A stretch of DNA of 64,000 nt, from contig JACPUC010000019.1 of NCBI GenBank assembly GCA_016192455.1, positions 186,001 to 250,000 on the forward strand, written 5' to 3'. This DNA comes from Candidatus Tectimicrobiota bacterium. GTDB taxonomy: Bacteria; JACPUC01. Of the stretch, positions 19,902-28,992 are shown in pieces. How positions within the stretch are numbered: the first letter of the stretch is position 1; each line of letters begins with the position of its first letter. The position numbers were made by a program, and so were the translations under genes. The notes under the pieces are model-generated. The model did not search any database. It saw nothing but the letters and a program-made list of their open reading frames with translations, and had not been told where the DNA came from.

Positions 19902-20084
19902 ATGTTGAAGCGCTTGGTTGGCAAAGAGGTGTTCCTGGAGCTTATCGGCCACGATCGCTTCTTCCGTGGCCGGGTCAAGGCGATCGATCAGGGATTCATC
20001 TGCCTGGAGCAGACGGAGGGCGAAAACTTTATTAACCTTGCTCATATCGTCAGCATGCATGCACGCGCCGCAGGGGAGAAATAG
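19902..20084 (+). CDS. Small Sm/LSm-like beta-barrel protein (60 aa)
   Basis: RBS GGAGG; MLKRLVGKEVFLELIG..FRGRVKAIDQGFICLE..FINLAHIVSM. Confidence 0.65.
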   Translation: MLKRLVGKEVFLELIGHDRFFRGRVKAIDQGFICLEQTEGENFINLAHIVSMHARAAGEK

Positions 20085-20160
20085 GCGCCTGAAGCGCGGC
20101 GTCATCCGGGCGCGAGAGCAGCCCGTGCGGATTGCTCTCCGAGACGAGGAGACGGAGCGT

Positions 20161-21363
20161 ATGCCTGCCAGCGACCGCCCCGCCATGCGCAGCGTCGTGC
20201 ACCTCCTGAAGGAGTGGGCCCGGCAGCAGCGCGGCACGGCTGAGAGCGTCAGAGAGCCGGTGGCAACCGTGCAACCGCCGCAGCCTGCGGAAGCGGAGCG
20301 CGGGGCCGCGGCGGACCGCCCGCCGGCGCAGCCCTCCTCCACGCCCTCCGCGGAGCGAACCGAGCCCCCCTACCCCCCTCCCGGCACCCTTTTTCTGCAA
20401 CGCCTCGGCTGGCTGCCGCGCCGACGTTCGCGCCCCCTGGCCAGGCGGGACCACGAGATGCTCATGGAGACGCTGTTGCCGCTTTACGGCGACAGCTCCC
20501 CCGACCTCGAGGAGGTGCTGGCGGCGTACCAGGAGGGCTGGCGCGGGGACGCCAGCACGGCGATCTGCACGACGCCGCCGCGCTGCGGCGCGTGTCGCCT
20601 CACCGAGCAGTGCCGCTACTTCCAGCGGAGCCCCGCGATCACCGATCTCCCCCTCTCGCAGCGCCCCCGCGAACGCCTCATGAGCCTTGGCGAGGAGCAC
20701 CTCACCAACGCGGAGCTGTTGGGGATCATCATTCAATCCGGAACCGAGCGGGAGACCGCGGTCGATCTGGCGCAGCGGCTGCTCAGCCGCTTCGGCGATT
20801 TCCGCTCCCTGGCGACGAAGAGCATCGCGGAGCTCTGCAAGATGCGCGGCATCGGCCCGGCCAAGGCGACGCAGGTGATCGCGGCCCTGGCCATCGCCAA
20901 GCGCTACCACTCGCCAACCGTCGAGCAGGGGAAGCTCCTCAACGATCCGGACACCATCTTCGAGCACTACCACGAGCGCCTGCGCGCCCTCCCCCAGGAG
21001 CAGTTCCTGGTACTCCTCCTGAACAGCAAGCTGCGCTTCATCCGCGCTGAGGTGGTCGCCACCGGCGAACTCAACGCCGCCCACGTCAACCCCCGCGAGG
21101 CGTTCGCTCCGGCGCTGCGGCACGGCGCGGCGGCGGTGGTCTTCCTGCACAACCACCCGAGCGGCGACCCGACGCCGAGTAGAGACGACCTGGCCCTCAC
21201 CGACCGCCTGCTCGACAGCGCCCGCATCCTCGGCATCCAGGTGCTCGACCACCTCATCATCGGCAATACCCGCTACACCAGCCTGGCGCGGCAGGGCTAC
21301 ATCCCGTCTCCAAGACGCGCCCTCGGGGCGGATGGAGGCGCGCCGGAGGAGCTCTCCACGTAG
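20161..21363 (+). CDS. radC: RadC (HhH + JAB/MPN) with N-terminal EndoIII-like Fe-S subdomain
   Basis: RPRERL..LTNAELL, GIGPAKA, HNHPSGDPTPSRDD, DHLIIG; upstream Cx5Cx2Cx5C. Confidence 0.9.
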   Translation: MPASDRPAMRSVVHLLKEWARQQRGTAESVREPVATVQPPQPAEAERGAAADRPPAQPSSTPSAERTEPPYPPPGTLFLQRLGWLPRRRSRPLARRDHEMLMETLLPLYGDSSPDLEEVLAAYQEGWRGDASTAICTTPPRCGACRLTEQCRYFQRSPAITDLPLSQRPRERLMSLGEEHLTNAELLGIIIQSGTERETAVDLAQRLLSRFGDFRSLATKSIAELCKMRGIGPAKATQVIAALAIAKRYHSPTVEQGKLLNDPDTIFEHYHERLRALPQEQFLVLLLNSKLRFIRAEVVATGELNAAHVNPREAFAPALRHGAAAVVFLHNHPSGDPTPSRDDLALTDRLLDSARILGIQVLDHLIIGNTRYTSLARQGYIPSPRRALGADGGAPEELST

Positions 21364-21703
21364 CGCTGCCTCACCACCAGTCAACGGGGGACGTCGTCCT
21401 CGACGCCGCGATTGTCGAGCGCACCCCTACCCTGGGTTCATGCTCCGCCGCGGGCGCTCGCTGCGCGCGGCCCTGGCAGGCGCGAGGATGGGCTGGGCTA
21501 GGGAGCCGCCTCCCTTGCTCAAGCCGCATGACCGCGGCGTGGAGCACCTGTTCGCCACGCGGGCCTGAGATGGAACAGCAGGACGGATAAGCCCGCCGCG
21601 TGGCGAGTTCGAACGAGGAGCGCCAGCAAGGTGGTGAGACTGGTCCCCCCGTCCCACCAGGGGTGGTGGCTCCGCGGACTGCGCACTGCAGGGGAGAGGA
21701 TGC

Positions 21704-22978
21704 CTACTCGAGCCGCAGCGCCGCGCCGAGGCGCTGAAAGTCCTCGAGGAAGCGCGGGTAGCTGACGTTCACCGCTTCCGCGGTGGTGATCCGCACCGGC
21801 TGCTTCGCCACCAAGCCGGCGATGGCCAAGCTCATGACGATGCGGTGGTCGCCGTAGCCCTCGACGAGACCCCCTTGCAGGGCCGACTGCCGCACCACCA
21901 GGCCGTCTTCACGCTCCTCGATGTCGGCCCCGAGCTTCTTCAGCTCACTGCGCATCGCCGCAATACGGTCCGTCTCCTTGACGCGCGCCTGGGGGACATT
22001 GACCAGCCGCGTCTCGCCGGCGGCCACGCAGCCCACCACGGCCAGCGCGGGAAGCGCGTCCGGGGTGTCGCAGAGGTCGAGCTCGCAGCCGCGCAGCTCT
22101 CCCCCCCGCACGTGGATGCCCTCGTCGTTGATCGCGATGTCCGCTCCCATCCGCCGCAGGTACGCGACGACGGCCTTGTCCGCCTGGCAGTCCTGCATGT
22201 CGAGACCTTGCAGCGTCACCTGCGAGTCGGTCATCGCAGCGGCGCAAAGGGCGAAGGTGGCGGTGGAGAAATCTCCCGGCACCAGACAGTCGAATCCCTC
22301 GTAGTGCTGGCCGCCGGGGACGCGGAAGGAGGCGTAGCCGTCGCGCTCGTAGCGGATGCCGAGGCGATCCAGCCAGAGCAGCGTCATCTCCACGTAGGGG
22401 CGTTCGCGCAGGTCGACGGGGTGGATTTCCGCCCCCTCGGCGCTCAGCGGGGTGCAGAGGAGGAGGCTGGAGAGGAACTGCGAGCTGAAGCCCTCCACCG
22501 CTGTCCTGCCGCCCCGCAGCGGCCCCCGCACCACCACCGGCAGCTTGCCGTTGCCGCGGGTGGAGAAGGCCTCCGCGCCGAGGTTGCGCAGGGCCGCCAG
22601 GAGCGGCTCCATGGGCCGGCTGCGCACCGAGGCGTCGCCGGTGAAAACGCTGTACCCCCCTCCCAGGCTGGCGGCGCCGATCGCCAGGCGGCAGGAGGTG
22701 CCGGAGTTGGCGATGTTGATGACATCGTCGGGCGGCCGCACCAGGCCGCCGATGCCTTCGATGCGCCAGGCGCCCTCCTCGTAGGTTGTCTCCACCTCGG
22801 CGCGGAAGGCGCGGCTGGCGGTCAGGGCCGCCTGGGCGTCTTCCGACTCCAAGGGGTTGCGAATGATGGAGGCGCCGTGCGCCAGGGTGGCCAGCAGGAC
22901 CGCCCGGATGGTATGGGATTTTGACGCCGGGATCAGGCAGCGCCCCAACAACCTGGAAGCTTCGCTCACAAGGATCAT
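21704..22978 (-). CDS. aroA: 3-phosphoshikimate 1-carboxyvinyltransferase (EPSP synthase)
   Basis: PASKSHTIR, NSGTSCR, RPM, SSQFLS, RVKETDR, DHRIVMS. Confidence 0.95.
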   Translation of the reverse strand: MILVSEASRLLGRCLIPASKSHTIRAVLLATLAHGASIIRNPLESEDAQAALTASRAFRAEVETTYEEGAWRIEGIGGLVRPPDDVINIANSGTSCRLAIGAASLGGGYSVFTGDASVRSRPMEPLLAALRNLGAEAFSTRGNGKLPVVVRGPLRGGRTAVEGFSSQFLSSLLLCTPLSAEGAEIHPVDLRERPYVEMTLLWLDRLGIRYERDGYASFRVPGGQHYEGFDCLVPGDFSTATFALCAAAMTDSQVTLQGLDMQDCQADKAVVAYLRRMGADIAINDEGIHVRGGELRGCELDLCDTPDALPALAVVGCVAAGETRLVNVPQARVKETDRIAAMRSELKKLGADIEEREDGLVVRQSALQGGLVEGYGDHRIVMSLAIAGLVAKQPVRITTAEAVNVSYPRFLEDFQRLGAALRLE

Positions 22979-23019
22979 GGTGCTTGCTCGACTGCTGTGG
23001 AGTGACGCTGCGGAAGGGG

Positions 23020-24114
23020 CTACGTGCGCGGCACGGCGTCGAGGTAGGCGACGCGGGCGCCCTGCTGGCGCAGCAGGTGGTCCGCCAGCACCAACGCCAC
23101 CATCGCCTCCGCCACCGGCACGATGCGCGGACAGATGGCGGGATCGTGACGGCCCTCGACCACGATCGTGCTGTCCACGCCCTGATCATCAACCGTCTGC
23201 TGCGGCTGGGCGATCGAGGAGGTCGGCTTGATGGCGATGCGCACCACCAGGTCGGCGCCGTTGGAGATTCCCCCCACCACGCCGCCGGCATGGTTCGTCA
23301 GCATCGTCACTCGTCCTCCCTCGCTGCGCATGGCGTCATTGCACTGCGAGCCGCGCATGCCGGCCACCGCGAAACCGGCGCCGAACTCGACGCCCCGCAC
23401 CGAGCCGATGCTCATGAGGGCCGCGGCGAGATCGGCGTCCAGCTTGTGGAAGACCGGCTCGCCCAGCCCCGCGGGCATGCCCCGCACCCGCACCTCGACG
23501 ATGCCGCCCACCGAATCCCGCTCTTTGCGGCACGCCAGGATGAGCTGCTCCATCTGCTCCGCCGCCAGGGCATCGGCGCAGCGCACCAGGTTGCGCTCGA
23601 TCTGGCTCTCGTCAAAAGTTTTCGCCGCGATGTCGCCGATCTGGACGGTGTAGCCAAGGACCCGCATCCCCCGCCGGGCGATGATCTTCTTGGCGATCAC
23701 CCCACCGATGACCCGCGCCACCGTCTCGCGCGCGCTGGAGCGCCCGCCGCCGCGATGATCGCGCACGCCGTACTTCGCTTGATAGGTATAGTCGGCGTGG
23801 CCGGGCCGAAAGAGGTGACGGATGGCATCGTATTTGCTTGAATCGACATCGGTGTTGCGCACCAGGAGGGCGATCGGCATGCCGGTCGTTCTTCCCTCGA
23901 AAACCCCGGAGAGGAGCTCCGCCCTGTCCTCCTCCTTGCGCTGCGACGTCACGCGGCTCTGGCCGGGACGCCGCCGCGCCAGGTCAGCAGCAAAGTCCTC
24001 CTCGCTCAGCTCAATGCCAGCGGGGCAGCCGTCGATCACGACGCCCAGGCCGACCCCGTGCGATTCGCCCCAACTGGTGAGGCGGAGAAGCTGGCCGAAC
24101 GAGTTCCCTGGCAT
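23020..24114 (-). CDS. aroC: Chorismate synthase
   Basis: GESHG, RPGHAD, GGGRSSARET, KPTSSI, GRHDP. Confidence 0.96.
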   Translation of the reverse strand: MPGNSFGQLLRLTSWGESHGVGLGVVIDGCPAGIELSEEDFAADLARRRPGQSRVTSQRKEEDRAELLSGVFEGRTTGMPIALLVRNTDVDSSKYDAIRHLFRPGHADYTYQAKYGVRDHRGGGRSSARETVARVIGGVIAKKIIARRGMRVLGYTVQIGDIAAKTFDESQIERNLVRCADALAAEQMEQLILACRKERDSVGGIVEVRVRGMPAGLGEPVFHKLDADLAAALMSIGSVRGVEFGAGFAVAGMRGSQCNDAMRSEGGRVTMLTNHAGGVVGGISNGADLVVRIAIKPTSSIAQPQQTVDDQGVDSTIVVEGRHDPAICPRIVPVAEAMVALVLADHLLRQQGARVAYLDAVPRT

Positions 24115-24815
24115 CGCATCATCCTCGGCAGCGTGCGGGCGCCTTCCCCTCGCTTGCCGCGCCAAGCCTGCCAACCTGTCACCAGCGAGAAGATCGCCGT
24201 GGCAAGCAGTGGCTCTTGTTACCAACCTAGTGTAGCCGAAGTTTGGGTTCAACGCCATGGAGGAGCCGCGCTCCTGGCTGCCTGTGCCACCAAGCAGCGC
24301 CATGTTCCGCGCCGCAAGCAGGCAATGAACCATCCGGCCGGAGACCGCGGCGCGCCCCGCGACCAGCTTCCCGACCTCGGGGCGGCGGCGCGGCGAGGAT
24401 CATTTTGGCCTTGACTCATTTGATGATACGTTGTATGGAACTGCCTCAGAAAGCTGCGGCAAGCCTCCTGGCGGCTTGCGGGCTTGGATCAACCGTTTGT
24501 ATAACAGAGCGTTCCAAGGTTTCGAGGCTGCCGATAGTGTTGACTCCGCGGTTAGTAATAGATAATTACGAGCAAAGATTTTGGAATGGTATTCCGACGC
24601 GATCTTCTTCACTCCTGCTAGAATTCCTGCGCTTCTATCGTCTATGATGGTTGAATGCGCGGGCGCCGCTGCGGTTGACGGGCGCTTCTTTCGAGCGCTG
24701 TGGGAATGAAGCCTTCAACTAGGGAGGGAGGATTCGGGGGAGAGGCCTAGGACGAGCGAACGCATTTCTAGGCAAAGCGTACAATAGTTCCATCATCAAG
24801 TGGAGGAACCCAAGG

Positions 24816-27587
24816 ATGTTCAGAAGGCACAGGACGAGGAAGCTAAGAAAGGCTCTTCAGCTTCTGTTCATCATGATGCTCTGCGCGAGCGTCACGATGT
24901 TCTTCATACCGCAGGCTTATGCCCAGGACGGTGCTCCGCCTCCTCCTCCACCAGACGGCGGCGGCGCTCCGCCTCCTCCTCCACCAGACGGCGGTGGCGG
25001 CGCCCCGCCTCCTCCCGACGGCGGAGGTGGTGCTCCTCTTCCAGGTGGTACACCTCCTCCTCCCACCGGCGGAGGTGGTGCTCCTCCTCCACCACCAGGT
25101 GGCGGCGGCGGACCCACTGGCCCGACTGGCGGTCCCGGCGGGCCGACTGGCGGTCCCGGCGGGCCGACTGGCGGTCCCGGCGGCCCGACTGGCGGTCCCG
25201 GCGGGCCGACTGGTGGTCCCGGTGGCCCGACTGGCGGTCCTGGCGGGCCGACTGGCGGTCCCGGCGGCCCGACTGGCGGTCCCGGCGGCCCGACTGGCGG
25301 TCCCGGCGGTCCGACTGGCGGTCCCGGTGGTCCGACTGGCGGTCCCGGCGGCCCGACTGGCGGTCCTGGCGGTCCGACCGGTGGTCCTGGTGGCCCGACC
25401 GGTGGGCCCGGTGGTCCAACTGGCGGTCCCGGTGGCCCCGGTGGTGAGCCTGGCGGTCCCGGTGGCGGCCCTGGCGGTCCCGGCGGCGGCCCTGGCGGCC
25501 CCGGTGGCGGACCTGGCGGTCCTGGCGGCGGCCCTGGCGGCCCCGGTGGCGGACCTGGCGGTCCTGGTGGTGGTCCCGGTGGGCCGGGCGGTGGTCCCGG
25601 TGGACCGGGCGGCGGTCCTGGCGGACCAGGTGGTGGTCCCGGTGGGCCGGGCGGCGGTCCTGGCGGGCGTGGAGGTGTCTTGCCGCTGGATCAGGCGCCC
25701 ACTCGTGAACGCCAAGGGCCACGCATCGGCGCCGGGGATATCCAGCAAGGCCCCGGCGGTTCGTTGACCATCATGGGCGGACGTGGTGGCCAGCCTGGGC
25801 CGCAGATTTTGGGTGCTCGGATGACGGAAGAGGGCGGCTTCGAACTCGACCCCAACACCGCCCTGACAAGCCGTGGCGGGGCGCGCGACTTCCTCAGCTT
25901 CGAGGGCGGCGGCACCGCCTTCAATCGGAATGACATTGACCGCTTGCAGCCGCAGGAGCAGGGAGGTCGTTTCGGAGTGCTGCAGCCTGGTCCCGGCGGG
26001 CCGGGCGGTCCTGGTGGGCCGGGCGGGCCGGGCGGGCCGGGTGGTCCCGGTGGGCCGGGCGGCCCCGGCGGTCCCGGCGGGCCGGGCGGACCCGGCGGTC
26101 CTGGCGGGCCAGGTCTCGGCGGCTTGCCGCAAGTGCTCAATCTCGGTGGCGCGGAGGGACAGGCCATTCTCTCTCCCGAGGTGCTTGGAGAGGGTAACAG
26201 CCTGCAGCAAGATCCACAGACCGGCATCGTTAGCGGCAACGTTGGAGACTTCCGAATCTCCGGTTTTGCGCGTCGCGCCTTCCGCGGCCCGCAAGGGACG
26301 GAGGCCGGCGCCTCGGTGCTGGAAGACGACTCGTTGGCGATCAGCACCCCCGACGGCGAGGTTATCGAGCTGGCTCCGGCCCCTGTCAATGCTGACCAGT
26401 TCTTCGATATCTTCACGGAGCTCGGCGCCGACGCGCCCCAGTTCCACGGCAGCGGCGGCTTCCAGTCGCGCATCCCTGGCGCCCCTGGCGGCCCTGGCAT
26501 TAAGATCGTGGGGCGTCCTTCCCTCCTCGTGAGGGATCGGGGCGAGGGCGAGGCGCAGCAGGGGCTGCGGATCACCGGTGAAGGACGCAACCGCGTCGTC
26601 ACCTTCGAGACCAGTAATGGAGAGCAGCAGGCCATCCAGCCGCGCGTCAATCGCGCGCGCGGGCTGGCCATCGGTGTGGCGCGGATTCTTGCGGGCGAGA
26701 TCGGCTCCGAAAGAGCGCGGGGCGTTCAAGAGGCTCGCACGGGCTTTGCGTTCACGCCGGACGGCTCCATCGTGGCGCGCATCGGCGGTACGCCCGTCGC
26801 CTGTCAGGCCGACTTCGTGGTCATGGAGGACACGCCCCTCATCGACATCGGGGGCGAGGCAACCCCGCCTGCCGACGACTCGACAACCAGCACGGAGGAT
26901 TCAACGCCCTCCGAGGATTCGACGACCACTGATGATTCCACGACGGTGGCGGACGACTCGACGAGCGATTCCACTGAGACAGCCAGCGATGCGAGCGCGA
27001 CTGCCCTGACTCAGATCGCCAAGCGGCAAGAGGGCGAGACTCCAACGACTGGCGCCGGCGAGGAAGTCACCAGCGAAGAGACCCCGACCGGCACGGAAGA
27101 GCCCACCGTTGGGGAAGAGGAGACTGGGGCCGAGCCAACCGAAGGGGAACCGGCCGCCGAGGAAACTTCCGCTGACGGCGCCACCCTCGAAGAAGACCAA
27201 CTCGCGGCGGACACGCTTGGCATCGAGTCTCCAGGCGATGTTGACGGGGATGGCGTGGCGGACTTCCAGTTCACCGTTGCCGGGGAGACGCAGACCTTCT
27301 TCTGCCTGCCCCCCGAAGAGGCCGAGGCGCTGGTGGAAGCCAACGAGGAGGCCATCACCACCTTCGCCGAAACGGGCGTGCTGACGGTCGAGGGTGATCC
27401 GGTCACCATCGAGGATGCTGGAATTCCTGCCGAGGAGTTCGGCATCGAGACCGCGACGACCGACGAGACCGCGACGACGGACGAGACTACTACCTCTGAC
27501 GAGACAACGACTTCTGAGGAGACAACCACGACCGATACCACCACGACCGATGGCAGCCCGACCACTTCCTCCACCACCTCGAGCTAG
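24816..27587 (+). CDS. Secreted Gly/Pro-repeat surface protein with acidic Thr/Ser-rich tracts
   Basis: Signal peptide ending AYA-Q; poly-Pro/Gly, heptad and triplet repeats with mainly third-position variation; GDVDGDGVAD motif. Confidence 0.85.
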   Translation: MFRRHRTRKLRKALQLLFIMMLCASVTMFFIPQAYAQDGAPPPPPPDGGGAPPPPPPDGGGGAPPPPDGGGGAPLPGGTPPPPTGGGGAPPPPPGGGGGPTGPTGGPGGPTGGPGGPTGGPGGPTGGPGGPTGGPGGPTGGPGGPTGGPGGPTGGPGGPTGGPGGPTGGPGGPTGGPGGPTGGPGGPTGGPGGPTGGPGGPTGGPGGPGGEPGGPGGGPGGPGGGPGGPGGGPGGPGGGPGGPGGGPGGPGGGPGGPGGGPGGPGGGPGGPGGGPGGPGGGPGGRGGVLPLDQAPTRERQGPRIGAGDIQQGPGGSLTIMGGRGGQPGPQILGARMTEEGGFELDPNTALTSRGGARDFLSFEGGGTAFNRNDIDRLQPQEQGGRFGVLQPGPGGPGGPGGPGGPGGPGGPGGPGGPGGPGGPGGPGGPGGPGLGGLPQVLNLGGAEGQAILSPEVLGEGNSLQQDPQTGIVSGNVGDFRISGFARRAFRGPQGTEAGASVLEDDSLAISTPDGEVIELAPAPVNADQFFDIFTELGADAPQFHGSGGFQSRIPGAPGGPGIKIVGRPSLLVRDRGEGEAQQGLRITGEGRNRVVTFETSNGEQQAIQPRVNRARGLAIGVARILAGEIGSERARGVQEARTGFAFTPDGSIVARIGGTPVACQADFVVMEDTPLIDIGGEATPPADDSTTSTEDSTPSEDSTTTDDSTTVADDSTSDSTETASDASATALTQIAKRQEGETPTTGAGEEVTSEETPTGTEEPTVGEEETGAEPTEGEPAAEETSADGATLEEDQLAADTLGIESPGDVDGDGVADFQFTVAGETQTFFCLPPEEAEALVEANEEAITTFAETGVLTVEGDPVTIEDAGIPAEEFGIETATTDETATTDETTTSDETTTSEETTTTDTTTTDGSPTTSSTTSS
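25122..25667 (+). repeat. Coding tandem repeat, 26 x 21 bp: (PTGGPGG)15, PGGEPGG, (PGGGPGG)10
   Basis: Counted directly; unit e.g. CCGACTGGCGGTCCCGGCGGG. Confidence 0.95.
25992..26108 (+). repeat. Coding tandem repeat, 13 x 9 bp: (PGG)13
   Basis: CCN GGN GGN units counted directly. Confidence 0.92.
27447..27536 (+). repeat. Degenerate 18-bp coding repeat (ETATTD-like, ~5 copies)
   Basis: GAGACCGCGACGACCGAC-like units at the C-terminus. Confidence 0.7.
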
Positions 27588-27734
27588 GAGGTAGGTGGTT
27601 GACTGACGGGGCATTGTCGGGTATCCGCTCGGGCCTCAGCAGCCCGGCCGGATGCCCGACAGGCCCCAGGCGAGGGTGGAGCGGACTGCGGCGTGCTCCC
27701 TGCCGGCGCAGGGCATGAGAAGCCACCTGAAGAC

Positions 27735-27768
27735 GAACAGCCCCGGTGTGGATGCACCGGGGCCGTTC
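27735..27768. terminator. Hairpin between convergent genes
   Basis: GAACAGCCCCGGTG-tggatg-CACCGGGGCCGTTC. Confidence 0.55.
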
Positions 27769-27878
27769 AATTCCAGAGAGGCGGAGAAGCGGGGAAATCG
27801 GCGGCGGCAGGTTCGCCCGAAGCCGAGGCCGCGCCTGCGGCCCGAGCGCTGGCCGCGCGCACCCCCAGGAGGGGGCCG

Positions 27879-28751
27879 CTACAGGAGAAACAGGTCCAGC
27901 ACCGTAAAGAGGAGGATCGCCATGCTGATCCAGCCATTCACGGCGAAGAAGGCGCGGTTGAGGCGCGACAGGTTGCCCGGGCGGATGAGGGAGTGCTCAT
28001 AAAGGAGCAGGGCGCCGATGAGCAACACGCCCACGATGTAGGCTCCCTTGAGGTTCTCCAGGGCGACAATCGAGATGAGCGACAGGAACATGATGGCGTG
28101 GAAGAGCCGCACGATCATGAGCGAGGCGCGTACTCCAAAGGAGACCGGGATGGAACGCAGGCCGACGCGCTTGTCGTACTCCAGGTCCTGGAAGTGGTAG
28201 AAGATGTCGAAGCCCGCCACCCAGAACCCCGCGGCGGCGCCAAGCAGCAGCGGCGTGAGGGTGAGGCTGCCGCGAATGGCGATCCAGGCTCCCACCGGCG
28301 CCAGGAACTGGCAAAGCCCGAGGAAGAGGTGTGTCCAGGTGGTGTAGCGTTTTGTCAACGGGGTGATGACGAGCGCCGCCACCGCAATGGGGGAGAGGAG
28401 GAGGCAGAGCGGATTGAGGGCGGCAGCCGCCAGCACGAAGGCCCCCAGCGCGGCGATGCTGAAGACCCCGGCTTCGCGCTTGGTGACGAGACCGGCGGGA
28501 ATGGCCCAGAACCTCGTGCGCGGGTTCTGGCGGTCGATCTCCGCGTCGAAGAGGCGATTCAGACCCATGGCGCCGCTGCGCGCGGCCACCATGGCGACGA
28601 GGATCCAGAACATCTGCCAGCCGCTCGGCAGCCCCTGCGCAGCCAGCAGCGCGCTGCTCAGCGCGAAGGGGAGCGCAAAGATGCTGTGCTGGAACTTGAT
28701 CATATCCAGCACAATCCCCACTTTGCGCACGGCGCGCGCCAAGCCCGACAT
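27879..28751 (-). CDS. ubiA: UbiA-family prenyltransferase (MqnP-like)
   Basis: IKFQHSIFALPFA, ARSGAMGLNRLFDAEIDRQNPRT, AGFDIFY..QDLEYD, AFFAVNG. Confidence 0.9.
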   Translation of the reverse strand: MSGLARAVRKVGIVLDMIKFQHSIFALPFALSSALLAAQGLPSGWQMFWILVAMVAARSGAMGLNRLFDAEIDRQNPRTRFWAIPAGLVTKREAGVFSIAALGAFVLAAAALNPLCLLLSPIAVAALVITPLTKRYTTWTHLFLGLCQFLAPVGAWIAIRGSLTLTPLLLGAAAGFWVAGFDIFYHFQDLEYDKRVGLRSIPVSFGVRASLMIVRLFHAIMFLSLISIVALENLKGAYIVGVLLIGALLLYEHSLIRPGNLSRLNRAFFAVNGWISMAILLFTVLDLFLL

Positions 28752-28992
28752 GCTTCTGCTCCGGACCATTCGCACAGGTGCCGCGCTCATCGCGGAGTCG
28801 GCTCGTTTGCGACCTGCTCCGCGGCGTCTGGTCACCCGAGGTCACTAACGCCTGCCTTATACCACAGTCGCCCCCACCTGTCAGCCGCTGAGAGGTGATG
28901 AGCGGCAGGAACCGGGGAGTCCGCTGGTCGCCGGCGGGAGGCGCCGCGGGGCAGCTTTCCATGACTTGGCGGCGCACCGGCAAATCCGCCCC

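Noticed and set aside
20161-21363. radC as a marker of a prophage or ICE
   Set aside because: Full-length HhH-containing form, host-like GC, no integrase, att sites or mobile genes nearby
25122-25667. Regular 21-bp repeat as a possible CRISPR array
   Set aside because: No unique spacers, in-frame coding repeat with synonymous variation, no cas genes
24800-26729. Long alternative-frame and antisense ORFs (WRSRRPD, RDRQSGR, RLAVPAA repeats)
   Set aside because: Shadows of the Gly/Pro repeat; third-position variation and the signal peptide identify 24816..27587 as the real frame
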